From: Gekko japonicus
Lineage: Eukaryota
NCBI RefSeq assembly: GCF_001447785.1
Contig: NW_015168659.1
Span: 186,001-250,000 of the forward strand
Direction: 5' to 3'
DNA length: 64,000 bases
The notes under the pieces were generated by a model. That model did no database searches, was not told the DNA's origin, and saw only the letters and a list, made by a program, of their open reading frames with translations. Shown here piece after piece: positions 49,401-57,633 of this stretch (position 1 is the stretch's first letter; each line of letters begins with the position of its first letter). The translations under genes were made by a program, and so were the position numbers.

Positions 49401-50817
49401 GCAAGTGGAAATCCTTCAGCCCACAGAAGAATTCAAAGGACTCTAAGCCATAGTGCCTTCATAAGCTCTAAAGCCTTACTAGAGCACAGGGTAAGGGTAC
49501 ATCTGCAATTATAATTTGAAAGAACTGTTCAGCTAGCTTTCATGGTTCTCTTTTTAAATTTAATCAGATATAGATGAGTGCCTTGAACAGAACATCCACT
49601 GTGGCCCAAATGGAATGTGCTTCAACATGAGAGGAAGCTATCAGTGTATAGATACTCCTTGTCCTCCAAATTATCAGCGAGATCCTCTTTCTGGGTATGA
49701 TGCAACCGTCTCTTGTTTTCCCCCAGTTTTTATTTTTTTCTGGAATGAAACTATACACATGGACAGTGCAAAAGCAGCTGCTCCAAGCAAATATTCTAAG
49801 GGGCAATGGCAAAACCAACACCAACTTGTCATTTCTCTCCATTGTTAGCAGCCAGGAAGGAGAGGGGAAAGCACAGATTTGGAAGTACTGTGTCACATTC
49901 TGAAGAACGCATGTCTTTAGTAACAACACCTGACATGGTGGTACAATCCTTGTCACATTTTGTACTGTACCACTTAACGTTCATGTTTCATGCCAGCTTG
50001 GCAACCTAGCAGGAATCCCGAGACCCCTCTAGAGATCTCTTCATTATGGTGTTGCTGCTGCTTGAATCTATATATACCCTCTGTAAACTGCTCTGAGACC
50101 CTTCGGGGTCAAGGGCAGTATAGAAATCAAAACTATAAATAAATATAAATAAATAAATAAGATAAAATGAAGATGACTCCAAATATAAGATGACCCCTCA
50201 TTACAAAAGGGCATACCCAAAAGTTTTGTATTACTGCACATACATTTAACTTGTACACAAATTAAAGATGATTTGATGTTTTTCTTGATGGCATATATGG
50301 AAAACAAAGAAACACTAGTCTTTCAGGTAAATAAAGTAGGTGAAAAGACTGGCTATTTCTTGGTTCTAATTTCTGCTTAAAGTGATAGCTGTATGAGGAG
50401 TACTAGATAGATAGATAGACTGGCCATTTCATAGTTGTGTTTACTTTTAGGTTCTGCCTCAAGAACTGTCCACTTAATGATCTGGAATGTGCCTTGAGCC
50501 CGTATGCCTTGGAATACAAACTTCTTTCACTCCCATTTGGGATTGCTGCCAATCAGGATTTAATCCGCCTAGTTGCCTACACTGAAGATGGAGTGATGCA
50601 TCCAAGGACAACTTTCCTCATGGTCCGTGAGGATTTGACAATCCCTTTTGCACTCAGAGATGAGAACTTGAAGGGTGTGGTCTATACAACCAGGCCTCTG
50701 CGAGAGCCAGAGACGTATCGAATGAAAGTCAGGGCTCTCTCTTACAGCGCTGATGGAGCCATTGAATATCAGACAACCTTCATAGTCTATATCGCCGTGT
50801 CTGCCTATCCATACTAG
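1..50817 (+). CDS. HMCN1: Hemicentin-1 (fibulin-6), 3' portion: 33 coding exons, 5'-partial, ending ...IAVSAYPY*
   Basis: The exons listed below join at GT-AG sites into one frame (5417 nt, ~1804 aa after a 2-nt partial codon). Domain order is Ig(n)-TSP1x6-G2-cbEGF-fibulin C-term, and the peptide closely matches recalled human HMCN1 (e.g. [42 protein letters not shown]). These probably correspond to human exons 75-107. Confidence 0.98.
1315..1436 (+). CDS. HMCN1: HMCN1 exon, Ig: [12 protein letters not shown]...TLIVQ
   Basis: ttgcag| acceptor, G|gtacag donor; ORF 1319..1546. Confidence 0.95.
1850..2052. mobile_element. Penelope-like palindromic insertion (inverted arms + tail) with decayed hammerhead core
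   Basis: Arms GAGTCCAATGGCACCTTTAAG / CTTAAAGCTGCTACTGGACTC; TSD ACATTT(A/T)TATAG at 1838-1849 and 2053-2064; same family as 32240. Confidence 0.7.
2066..2365 (-). mobile_element. Sauria SINE
   Basis: AAAGGTAAAGGT tail and the characteristic body GTCATGTGGCCAGCATGACTAAAC...GTTACCTTCCCACC. Confidence 0.8.
2860..3146 (-). mobile_element. tRNA-derived SINE (Squam3-like)
   Basis: Reverse complement of the copy at 34308-34583; (AAG)n tail. Confidence 0.7.
3541..3705 (+). CDS. HMCN1: HMCN1 exon, Ig: [11 protein letters not shown]...YRILSS
   Basis: ctttag| acceptor, G|gttaca donor; ORF 3552..3758. Confidence 0.95.
5204..5311 (+). CDS. HMCN1: HMCN1 exon, Ig: [36 protein letters not shown]
   Basis: ccatag| acceptor, G|gtgagg donor; translated by hand. 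Confidence 0.95.
5867..6467. mobile_element. Non-autonomous hAT transposon (MITE)
   Basis: 12-bp TIR TAGGGATGGGCA/TGCCCATCCCTA; perfect 8-bp TSD TTTGTGAA (5859-5866, 6468-6475); internal GAGCAGAAAGCAGGGG repeats. Confidence 0.88.
7360..7497 (+). CDS. HMCN1: HMCN1 exon, Ig: [10 protein letters not shown]...INVVTT
   Basis: ttccag| acceptor, G|gtattc donor; ORF 7320..7547. Confidence 0.95.
8431..8565 (+). CDS. HMCN1: HMCN1 exon, Ig: [14 protein letters not shown]...KLKIQ
   Basis: ttctag| acceptor, G|gtaagt donor. Confidence 0.95.
8598..8720. mobile_element. Decayed Penelope-like palindromic insertion
   Basis: GAGTCCAGTAGCACCTTAGAGAC start and CCAACATGGTTACCCTCTGAAACT tail; degenerate TSD TACAA(T/A)TTTC(T/C)TG. 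Confidence 0.55.
9180..9767 (-). mobile_element. RTE-BovB LINE, 5'-truncated
   Basis: Translates to BovB ORF C-terminus ([33 protein letters not shown]-like); (CAA)n tail; perfect 12-bp TSD ACATAGTGTCTG (9168-9179, 9768-9779). Confidence 0.92.
10427..10468. repeat. (GA)n microsatellite
   Basis: Direct read. Confidence 0.95.
10568..10837 (+). CDS. HMCN1: HMCN1 exon, complete Ig domain: [12 protein letters not shown]...ELTIH
   Basis: ccccag| acceptor, G|gtaagt donor; 270 nt, phase 1-1. Confidence 0.95.
12141..12331 (+). CDS. HMCN1: HMCN1 exon, Ig: [12 protein letters not shown]...LIVDNAV
   Basis: atgcag| acceptor, GTG|gtaagc donor (phase 0). Confidence 0.95.
13110..13330 (+). mobile_element. 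L1-clade LINE ORF2 C-terminal fragment
   Basis: [12 protein letters not shown]...[17 protein letters not shown] resembles the squamate L1 ORF2 end. Confidence 0.55.
13520..13731 (+). repeat. 106-bp tandem duplication spanning an HMCN1 3' splice site
   Basis: Units start at 13520 and 13626; 8 substitutions; each unit ends in exon-start sequence CCTGAAGATTCYGGTAATTACACCTGTGTTGCTAYCA. Confidence 0.95.
13695..13908 (+). CDS. HMCN1: HMCN1 exon, Ig: [16 protein letters not shown]...NNNIIP
   Basis: The in-frame acceptor is ctacag| at 13694; a duplicate acceptor lies at 13588. Donor G|gtaagc. Confidence 0.93.
14910..14992 (+). mobile_element. Penelope-like fragment with inactivated hammerhead core
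   Basis: GTAT-aTGAGGA-A-GTGTGC-AT-GCACAT-GAAA-GCTC-ATAT followed by TTGGTCTTAAAGGTGCCAC. Confidence 0.65.
15161..15295 (+). CDS. HMCN1: HMCN1 exon, Ig: [14 protein letters not shown]...GFVYVK
   Basis: ctccag| acceptor, G|gtatgt donor. Confidence 0.95.
15381..15502 (-). mobile_element. Penelope-like element terminal fragment
   Basis: Ends (minus strand) ...CCGGCCGTGAAAGCCTTTGA and carries a minimal hammerhead. Confidence 0.7.
15459..15501 (-). ncRNA. Minimal type I hammerhead ribozyme motif (intact core)
   Basis: Minus strand reads ACCU CUGAGGA U GCCAGU(CACAGCU)ACUGGC GAAA C GUC^AGGU. Confidence 0.8.
16239..16429 (+). CDS. HMCN1: HMCN1 exon, Ig: EPPVFMGDY...LAIYGTV
   Basis: cttcag| acceptor, GTA|gtaagt donor. 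Confidence 0.95.
17053..17134 (+). CDS. HMCN1: HMCN1 exon, Ig: [27 protein letters not shown]
   Basis: ctttag| acceptor, A|gtgagc donor; translated by hand. Confidence 0.95.
17334..17720 (+). mobile_element. hAT MITE (CAGGGGTC family)
   Basis: TIR CAGGGGTCATT/AATGACCCATG; perfect TSD GATGTAAC (17326-17333, 17721-17728). Confidence 0.88.
17742..17865 (-). mobile_element. CR1 LINE 3' end
   Basis: CATAGAAT repeats followed by GTTGGAAGGGGCCTCCAGGGTCATCTAGTCCAA. Confidence 0.75.
18137..18406 (+). CDS. HMCN1: HMCN1 exon, last Ig domain: [12 protein letters not shown]...VPVIVQ
   Basis: tcttag| acceptor, G|gttggt donor; 270 nt. Confidence 0.95.
19207..19673 (+). mobile_element. hAT MITE (CAGGGGTC family), GC-rich
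   Basis: TIR CAGGGGTCGTTT/AAATGACCTCTG; perfect TSD GTTGTGAC (19199-19206, 19674-19681); internal ~37-bp tandem duplication. Confidence 0.9.
20108..20278 (+). CDS. HMCN1: HMCN1 exon, TSP1 repeat 1
   Basis: [19 protein letters not shown]...KPCP; 171 nt, phase 1-1. Confidence 0.96.
20585..20755 (+). CDS. HMCN1: HMCN1 exon, TSP1 repeat 2
   Basis: [19 protein letters not shown]...RPCP; 171 nt. Confidence 0.96.
21390..21910 (-). mobile_element. L2-clade LINE ORF2 remnant
   Basis: Frameshifted peptides [17 protein letters not shown] and [29 protein letters not shown] resemble the L2 C-terminal LVTSRLDYCN...LQLVQN motif. Confidence 0.65.
21985..22540 (-). mobile_element. CR1 LINE 3' fragment with a 206-bp insert and an assembly gap
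   Basis: Reverse complement of the + copy at 46500-46611; typical CR1 3' sequence. Confidence 0.75.
23344..23707. mobile_element. MITE with GGGTTGGATCC TIRs and a nested LINE tail
   Basis: ACAATGGGTTGGATCC...GGATCCAACCCATTGT; same TIR as 38325-38504. Confidence 0.6.
23768..23938 (+). CDS. HMCN1: HMCN1 exon, TSP1 repeat 3
   Basis: [21 protein letters not shown]...QDCP; 171 nt; tcctag| acceptor and G|gtaagt donor. Confidence 0.96.
24668..24707 (-). ncRNA. Hammerhead-like motif with a non-canonical cleavage arm
   Basis: Minus strand reads AUUCCC CUGAUGA A GCC(UGUU)GGC GAAAC ACAAG GGGAAU. Confidence 0.5.
25953..26123 (+). CDS. HMCN1: HMCN1 exon, TSP1 repeat 4
   Basis: [19 protein letters not shown]...DLCP; 171 nt. 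Confidence 0.96.
26875..27045 (+). CDS. HMCN1: HMCN1 exon, TSP1 repeat 5
   Basis: [21 protein letters not shown]...ELCP; 171 nt; AAG acceptor. Confidence 0.95.
27734..27904 (+). CDS. HMCN1: HMCN1 exon, TSP1 repeat 6
   Basis: [19 protein letters not shown]...LTCP; 171 nt. Confidence 0.96.
29654..29803 (+). CDS. HMCN1: HMCN1 exon, nidogen G2 domain part 1
   Basis: [20 protein letters not shown]...IPRSL. Confidence 0.95.
31064..31201 (+). CDS. HMCN1: HMCN1 exon, G2 domain part 2
   Basis: [24 protein letters not shown]...VEFAT; G|gttagt donor. Confidence 0.95.
31290..31412. repeat. 59-bp tandem duplication
   Basis: Units start at 31290 and 31349; 1 mismatch. Confidence 0.9.
31642..31763 (+). 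CDS. HMCN1: HMCN1 exon, G2 domain part 3
   Basis: [14 protein letters not shown]...AEVNVK; AAG|gtaaat donor. Confidence 0.95.
32240..32441. mobile_element. Penelope-like palindromic insertion
   Basis: Inverted arms 32240-32400, unique tail 32401-32441, perfect 14-bp TSD AACTTTGCCTGCAG (32223-32236, 32442-32455). Confidence 0.8.
32586..32961. mobile_element. hAT MITE (CAGGGCT TIR), possibly composite; contains an N gap
   Basis: CAGGGCTATTTTTG start; AAAAAAAGCCCTG ends at 32785 and 32961; imperfect TSD GTAATCTC/GTAATATT. Confidence 0.65.
33609..33846 (+). CDS. HMCN1: HMCN1 exon, G2 domain part 4
   Basis: [22 protein letters not shown]...RASITK; tttcag| acceptor and G|gtattt donor. Confidence 0.95.
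34308..34583 (+). mobile_element. tRNA-derived SINE (Squam3-like)
   Basis: Head TGGTGTAGTGGTTAGGAG (A box) ... GGCTTGATTCCCC (B-box-like); CCT-rich tail. Confidence 0.75.
34738..34800 (+). CDS. HMCN1: HMCN1 exon, linker: [21 protein letters not shown]
   Basis: ccccag| acceptor, G|gtaaga donor; 63 nt. Confidence 0.93.
35483..35602 (+). CDS. HMCN1: HMCN1 exon, cbEGF: [11 protein letters not shown]...GRACQ
   Basis: 120 nt, phase 1-1. Confidence 0.95.
35816..35950 (+). CDS. HMCN1: HMCN1 exon, cbEGF: [12 protein letters not shown]...GLSCQ
   Basis: 135 nt; G|gtgtgg donor. Confidence 0.94.
36008..36222 (+). mobile_element. 5S rRNA-derived SINE with RTE-type tail
   Basis: GCCTGATCTCGTAGGATCTTGGAAGCTAAGCAGGGT...CTGGTTAGTGTTTGGATGAGAGACC matches 5S rRNA; non-5S tail GCAATGGCAAAACACCTCTG...GCCATAAATTGGC. 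Confidence 0.8.
37327..37440 (+). CDS. HMCN1: HMCN1 exon, cbEGF: [11 protein letters not shown]...GRKCM
   Basis: 114 nt; translated by hand. Confidence 0.95.
37682..37912 (-). mobile_element. One-ended hAT MITE (CAGGGGTC family) between 110-bp direct repeats
   Basis: Starts with TIR CAGAGGTCATTTC and matches 40898-41130; flanks 37572-37681 and 37913-38022 are duplicated. Confidence 0.85.
38325..38504. mobile_element. MITE with GGGTTGGATCCTA TIRs
   Basis: 13-bp perfect TIR; flanks CAA/CAG. Confidence 0.65.
40206..40331 (+). CDS. HMCN1: HMCN1 exon, cbEGF: [10 protein letters not shown]...NGTCI
   Basis: 126 nt; AAG acceptor, G|gtaggt donor. Confidence 0.94.
40898..41327 (-). mobile_element. 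hAT MITE (CAGGGGTC family)
   Basis: TIRs present; TSD AGGG(T/C)GCT; near-identical reverse complement of 19207-19673. Confidence 0.9.
41776..41904 (+). CDS. HMCN1: HMCN1 exon, cbEGF: [12 protein letters not shown]...GRPCM
   Basis: 129 nt. Confidence 0.95.
42743..43093 (+). CDS. HMCN1: HMCN1 exon, cbEGF plus Tyr/Asn-rich insert and RTKR motif (probably human exon 104 equivalent)
   Basis: 351 nt, phase 1-1; [12 protein letters not shown]...[14 protein letters not shown]...NNTCV. Confidence 0.95.
43321..43474. other. Assembly gap (others at 22295-22339 and 32609-32622)
   Basis: N runs. Confidence 1.
43690..43895. mobile_element. hAT MITE
   Basis: TIR CA(A/G)TGTTCCCTCTAAGCT; perfect TSD GTCTGGAG (43682-43689, 43896-43903). 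Confidence 0.9.
45000..45663. mobile_element. PIF/Harbinger-like MITE, CpG-rich
   Basis: 23-bp TIR GGGTGC(G/A)TTCAGACGGGGGCTTT; 3-bp TSD AAT. Confidence 0.82.
45897..46118 (-). mobile_element. 5S rRNA-derived SINE with RTE-type tail
   Basis: Reverse-complement homologue of 36008-36222. Confidence 0.75.
46500..46611 (+). mobile_element. CR1 LINE 3' end
   Basis: ...GGACTGGATGGGCCTTTGGCCTGATCCAACA...CTTATGTTCTTATG tail. Confidence 0.75.
47065..47169. repeat. Diverged 53-bp tandem duplication
   Basis: CCATAAAAYCCAATGATCAAAG... starts at 47065 and 47118. Confidence 0.8.
48384..48503 (+). CDS. HMCN1: HMCN1 exon, cbEGF: [11 protein letters not shown]...GKTCQ
   Basis: 120 nt. Confidence 0.95.
49568..49694 (+). 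CDS. HMCN1: HMCN1 exon, EGF: [12 protein letters not shown]...RDPLSG
   Basis: aatcag| acceptor, GG|gtatga donor. Confidence 0.95.
50451..50817 (+). CDS. HMCN1: HMCN1 terminal coding exon, fibulin C-terminal module, stop TAG
   Basis: [23 protein letters not shown]...VSAYPY*. Confidence 0.97.
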
Positions 50818-52365
50818 GAAAGCACTGCCGACAATAAGCAAAGTATGATAACCACATGCATAGATGCCACTGGGTGTCACCACTTCCAGAATGACTCTGC
50901 TGCCTCATCGCAACTTGAAAACAATCGGTGCTACTTCCTCTTCCTTCCCAGAGCTGCCGGAGTGTTTCCCCCATCATTCCATCTTGACAAGAATGACTAT
51001 AATCCACAGAACCTGAACAATTTGCTTTATTTATTACCCTGGAGCAGTCACTTTTCCAAAGATTGTTCTGCTGACTCTTCGTTATTTGTTTAGAAGTACT
51101 AATTAGGTGGTATTTTAGTGGTCCAATGCTGTAGGCTAAAATGAGTAATCTTTTTTTTCTGACATGAAGACAAAACAAGGTTTATTTCTCACAAAATTTC
51201 AGAATGTTTAATTTCTTAATTATTTTCCAAGGCTTGGTGGAGATAGGTTGTTTTTTTTGTCCCCTGGCCTCAACAAAAAGCATCACAATGCTAAGCATGT
51301 CTACACTTGTGTCAGTAAAAACAGGGATCTTTAAAAGGAACATGTGAATTCCAATAGGGCCAATTCACACATGACACAGCAAAAAATAATAATAATCCAG
51401 TTTGCCATTCAACTGGTAGATGTCTGATTAAAACAAACAAACAGTGATGATGCATGTATTTGCAAACAAATGTTTGTCACAGTCATGCTCTGCATGGGTT
51501 GCATCCATGAAAGATTTCTGTATGTGCAATAGTTTTTGCAGAAGCACCACAATTACTCTGCACTGTCTGCTTCCACTAAATTAAAGCAGTTGCATCCCTG
51601 CTCTTTTGTATGTGCATAAGACATAGCAGGAAGTCTTTTTTCTGATACACTTAAAAAAAAATGGAATGAAGTGTTGTGTTGCTGCAGCCCCTGCACAAGC
51701 ACAGCTGCACTAAGTACATTCTCCTTTCAGGCTACGCATTGCTGGATCCAAGCCATAACATCTGAAACCCTTAATATCCTGGAAAAGGTCCTACATGGTC
51801 ACTTCCAATTTACACAATTCTTAAGGTATTTTTACTCTGATTATTTTAGCACATCTACATTTTCTGTTTCCCATGTTCTTTATATAACCTCTGCCAATTT
51901 GGTATGGTCCATAGACTGGGAAAGCCTGCTAAGTTTTTGGTGTTTACAACTAAGAATCTGTGGTGCACCAAGCAAGGGAATGCAACTATCTCCCTCAATG
52001 AATGACAAAAGAAATTACAGAAGATAGTAATTTGCCTACCCCAAATGGAATAGGTTTCTAAAAAGGAAACAAAATCCACCAGGCTTGGTTGAGCAATGTT
52101 AAGTGTCAATACACTGTATAAGGTGGTAACAAACTCTGGAAGTAATTTTTGCCAAGATGTATTCTATTTTTAAGAATATATGTGTGTCTCTGTGTGTTGT
52201 ACATATATATATATACATATATATATATATAAAGAGTTGTTTGCTTGTGTCTATTTTCTATGCAATATCAAGAGGTCTCCCCCTCAAAAGAAGTATTTTT
52301 ACCAAAGAGTGTTGTTTACACAGTGGAAAACAGCCAAAATAAAGGTTCACGTTCTTTTAAAAAAA
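50818..52365 (+). other. HMCN1: Probable HMCN1 3' UTR
   Basis: Repeat-poor AT-rich sequence from the stop codon to just past the AATAAA at 52338; the end point is inferred. Confidence 0.6.
52338..52343 (+). terminator. Polyadenylation signal AATAAA
   Basis: Canonical hexamer ~1.5 kb after the stop, followed by a T-rich tract. Confidence 0.6.
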
Positions 52366-54647
52366 TGAAATATGGCAAGAGTGCTCTGAGGTGCTGATTA
52401 TTTGAAGTGTTACCTTGATGGAATAGTGTGGGGGAAATGGAATAATTAGAGTTGTCTTCCTTGTGTTTGACTCTCAATGGCTCTGGTCACATGGGCAGGA
52501 AAATGCGGGGGGGGGGGAGCATAGCTGTTAGCCCCAGGGCAAAATAACGCACGGTTGCGCGAGCAGACGTCTCCTGGAGGTCCCGTAAAGGTCCCGTGTA
52601 TAGGGGGGAGGTGCCGATCACATGACCATGTGACAAAGAAGCGGCTGAAACAGACTACATGTCCCAGAAGGGCACTCGGTGGGAGGAGAAGGGAGAAAGG
52701 GATGTGGCCAAGGGGTGGGGAAGAGGGAGCTTGAGTCCTGACAATGAAACCAAAAGGCAGGTCCCCCGAAGGGGGGGTGTCGCCGCTCTGGGCGACTCTG
52801 AGCTGCCTTCTGTGCGGCTCCTGGGGACAGTTGGACAAGCAGTCGCCTCTTCGCCTTCCTCCAGGGCAAACGGTGTTTTCCCCTGTACACTGGAGTATGC
52901 GCATGCTCCGTTTGGTGCTTGTGCGCATCCATAGAGACTTGGGGGGGGACATGGGCGGGCACCGGATGCCACCAGAAACGTGATCAGACACCCGCCCTTG
53001 CCCCGAGTGGAATTAGGAACTACGGATGTGACAACATGCTTATCTGGGCTACACATATATATTCTTCATTTTTTTTTTACTTTGGATTTATTGATCGCTT
53101 TTTTCCACACACCTGCGGGCTTAGAGCAATTTACAGTTACTCGTGACATTTGGACTAACAATATTCGTGGGGGATAGGGAAGACAATATACAGTATTTTA
53201 ATTACACACACATTGTAGCTGGCCAGAGGTTGAGATTTTATTTCTCAATGCCTACTTTGTGCCTGTTCATTAACATATGGATGTTTTTCATACCCCCAGT
53301 TACCACTGTAGCAAGCTGTGAGTCCTATTTGCAGAACCAATTACAAAACCTAGAGGTAATGCAAAAGTCCAACTTTTGCAGTCAGAGGTCATTGGCCAGG
53401 GTCTGTAAGATGCTGGGCATGATGCATCTTTCTTCCAGTTGAGTCCCCAGCCCCGACTATGCCATGCTGACTCATTACCTCACAACACAGGCAAGGCCAG
53501 GACAAATAGACCTCATTCAGACATAGCTTTCGACATCAAGCCTCCACGAGTGGTGTGTAATGATGCTGCAACAGCCGTGGGGAAGGCAGGACTGTCGGCC
53601 CTAGCATGACAGAATGATAAGCTACAGAGTGCACCAAGATTATGAGCAACTGAGCTATGGACATTATGGAAAGGGATGATCGCTTTCTGCCCTTCTCCTT
53701 ACTGCCTCCTCCAGCCATGCCTCTTGTGAAACAAATATGACCTACATGCAGAGAACATCTGCACCCCACAGTGGAGTGAAGGAAATACAGGAGTGCTACT
53801 TGAGAAATTTAGCACGCAGGCATGTTCTTCCTGTTTCCATTGCTTCTCTGTATAATGCCTGGCAGTGCCCAGAGAGAAAGTGGGCACAGGTAAATTTGCA
53901 CATACAGCCATGAAGACCCAGGGATAGAAAATGAGGTGGCGTTTATCAATTCTGCGACTGGGAGTGGATACAACACTACAAAGTTCAAATGACACAATTG
54001 CATACAAAGGCTGCTTTTCCCCTCTGGAAGCTGCAACCACAAAAGTATTGGCCACGTGCATCTTTTGCATGATGCATATGTAGTTATCAGAAATCTGTAA
54101 CCAAAAACAAAACATAACTCGATAAGCCAGTGTATCATTTGGCCCAATATAAAATAAGGGTCTTTTGTAAGAGGAGCATTGAAACCCAGATTTTTTTCCC
54201 CAGTTCAGTGACTTAATGACAAGAAAAATGGTCTTGGCAACATTCTACATTCAGGTACCAATCAGTTTTCACAGGAACTGCCACTGACCAATCCAATAGC
54301 TAATTCTGTTGGTGACATATGATGACCTTGGCCACTGCAGTGACTTCAAAGAATGTAAGAGAAATAGTTGCTCATTTCCATTAAGTAGTGAATTAAGTTT
54401 GTGCACATTCATGCTGTCCACTGGCTAGCAGGGAAGCGAAGATGAAATTTGATGCAAAAGATACCTGTTGTTTTTTTAAAAAAATTAAGTTGTACTGCAG
54501 TGACTTTTTAAGTTTGGTATTGTTGCAAATTTGGCTGGTTTGATCACTGTAACTCAATGATCAGGAACCTAACAAAAGAACATCCATATTCCTTAGACCA
54601 TAAATTACTTTCCAATTGCATGTGCAGAATCTGAGGGGATTGTTATT

Positions 54648-54696
<49 letters not shown>

Positions 54697-54701
54697 CAGA
54701 G
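54648..54701. repeat. (TG)n(AG)n/(ACAG)n microsatellite
   Basis: Direct read. Confidence 0.9.
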
Positions 54702-57633
54702 ATGTTCACAGTTTAATGTGGTGAAGATGGGAGAAAGAGGGAAAGACAGATTTTGAAGCTATCAGTTGTCTGGAATTGAAGCATGCTCATGAGGGGGAGT
54801 TCTCTCTAAGAATCTCCTACCTGCTGTTAGAATGATTGTTGGCTTCCACTATACTCTGCTTGTATACTTGAAAATAAAGAAAATACTACAAAGGTGCCAC
54901 TAGTTCTCAATCATCTCCTATCCCAGAGCAAAAATATATCCTCCAGTGCTACTACACATTATTTCCTAGTGATCTTGCAATAATATGTTTCCTGGACACA
55001 AGAAAATATCTCACTGAACAGGAACAGGGATCATGTAATAAAATATGAAGATTTTCTGTTCCGGTAGTTCCTGACATCTGAGAACTATGAATGTGATGCA
55101 AGGAATAAATTAATGTAGAGTTCAAAGCTCTGTCCACTGTGTCTCTGCAGGAGTTACTCTTTCTGGCCTTGCTTCATTCTGTCTGCCTTTGCCATTGCAG
55201 GCAATTTTGCTACATCTCTGCATCAAGTATGACTGTATCATCCAAACACATCATGAGGCAAAGATGGCAGAACTGTTTGCCCTCAGAGTAGGTTGCGTGA
55301 AGTATCTCTGTCTGCACCCTTCCAATCATAAGGCAACTGCCAGATCTGTCATTCATGCATAAGCATGTGAAAACACTCCTTATTGTTACATGTTTTATAA
55401 GTATACCGTGTGCTAAGTAGTCCAACTGCCCAGGCCAATCAATCAAGGTTCACGCAGAGTCCCAGACCCCGCCCCCCAAATCTGGCATGACCTCATTACA
55501 CGGGTTTTGCTGACCTGTAATAAATGTTGGAGTAAGGTGACTCAACATGCCTGGACATTGAGGGGGAGATGTGTGCTGCATTGCTCTAGGTGTGCATATG
55601 TGTTATCTTCTTAATAAACGAGATTCCTCTCTTTGACTTAACCTGGGAGCTTCTCTCTGACTCCTCCTCCTCTTCCTGTGAACTTTGTGTTCTCTCTGTG
55701 TTCACGGACCTGCAGAAAGCAAGATGCATCCACATGTCTCTCCTGTAGGAGCCATGCCATCTTACTCACACACACATGATGCTGGAGTAGCTGGCCACTT
55801 GTGACAGGGAACGGCATTCTTTAGATTAGGCTTCTCTCCTTTGGACTGTGGCATGAGTGTGAATCTACCTTAATAAATGTTTTTACCTTTTGTAATATAC
55901 TTTGTTGGAATGTATTTACTGCATAGAATACCATGCTTCTATGATTGTGGAACCTTGTGATATTAACTAACGCATATCCCCATATACCAGCTATGGCCAT
56001 TCCTTGACAAGTGTTATCTGACCATGGTGAGGCAGAGATCTTGCACCCACAGGACACCCTGCCTAATGTAATAATGAGCAGTCCAATCCTTCATGTGTTA
56101 GCAGTTCATTTGCAAACCCTCCACCAAAATATAATCCTAATTTCTCACTCTGAATTTGGCCAGTCACAATGTCCCTATTGTCAAGCACTGGGCCCAAGAT
56201 GTATAAAAGCAGTTTCTGAGCCTTCCAAAATTGGTAGCTTATCATAATCTCAAGTCTGGTCCACATCTCAAACCTCCTTCTCAAGCCTGCTTTCATCCCT
56301 GGATCTACTTTTCCTCATTCTCCCAAACTGAATGTTGGCCATTTTTTCTCTCGAGTCTCAAAAACACCCTTGACTTGCCTTCCTTCTAATCGGATCCCTT
56401 TTCTCCCAGATTTTCCGCAACAGACAACAGCTCTTAGGCAGGTAGGCTAATGTGAAGGCTCTACATTTGCTTATCATATACAACTGTTTTACCATCTCAT
56501 TTTGCTAGCCTTGCCAATCCATTTTTCCATTCTGTGTCTTGTCAGGGGAACAAAGATTTTTCTTGCTTAGGACAGAGTAGGCACATAGCTACATTGGGGC
56601 ATCTCGGGGCTGCCCCCCACCCCGGCCTCCCGTCTTTTCGCCAAGATGGGTGGAGAGCGCTGCTGCTGCCACCACCAAGGAACTCACAGCCTCCCTGCTA
56701 TCAACAGTGGGAATGCCAGCCAAAAGGCAAGTGGGTGCTGGTGGAGGGGATGCGTCTGCACCCGCTCCGGCTCTCCCTACCTGCCACTCAGCTGCAGTGA
56801 GGACTGAGGCAGGCTCACCAGGCTGGACAGGTGCTGGCTGCCCTCCCTCCCTCCCTGGGCAGGAGGCGAGGCAATGAGGCTGGGCATACTAGGTTGGGTC
56901 AGCACACTGCTGTTGCTACTGCACATGTGGCCCCAGGTGAGGCTGGGCAGGTGGTTGAGGACCCTGTTATTTATTTATTTATTTTATTATATTTCTACCC
57001 CGCGAACTCTCTTGGGCTGACCCTGCAGACTGGCAGCTTTGGGGAGAGTAGTGTGTGTGGGGGGTGCACCACTCTTCCTTCCCTTCATGGCACTTGGGAG
57101 CTCTATTTCAGGCTGTGTGGTGAGGGGGGGATCAACCCTTCGCTATGCCTCACCCTTGGTGGCTTGTTTGGTATGTGTGTGGGGAGGTGCCCCCCAACTT
57201 ATTTAAGGACCCCCCTGAATAAAAAAAATCCTGGCTATGGGTCTGCTTTGGAGCTGTTTCCTCCCTCATTCCTTTGAGGTGCTTCTCCAGGTTGGGACAC
57301 TGGTATACACTGGACAGCTAGACCCCATATTAGTTAATTGCCCTGGAGACACAGATCTGACTTGACATGCAAAGATGACACTCTGTGTGCTACTAGCTGC
57401 ACGTGTGGACTTCGTTGGGCAATAGCGCCTCCAGTTTAAAGTTCAGAAAAACAGTATGTTTGGACCCTAAGCCATTCTAAATCCATGGTTCCCATAAGTA
57501 CATGTTATTTTATGTATTATTAGAGGAACAAGAGGAACACTGCAGTGAAGTTGAGAGTACTGATTTGTGCTCTGGTATGCAAAGGCCAAGCGTAAAAGTG
57601 GGAATTGATCCCCGAGGATCCCCAGACCGGATA

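Noticed and set aside
52446-53056. Overlapping 114-181-aa ORFs after HMCN1
   Set aside because: GC-rich repeat-like block with no splice signals or recognisable protein.
53465-55545. AP-1/MARE-like motifs (TGCTGACTCA at 53465, TGACTCA at ~55539) as a downstream enhancer
   Set aside because: Short motifs are expected by chance; no conservation or chromatin data.
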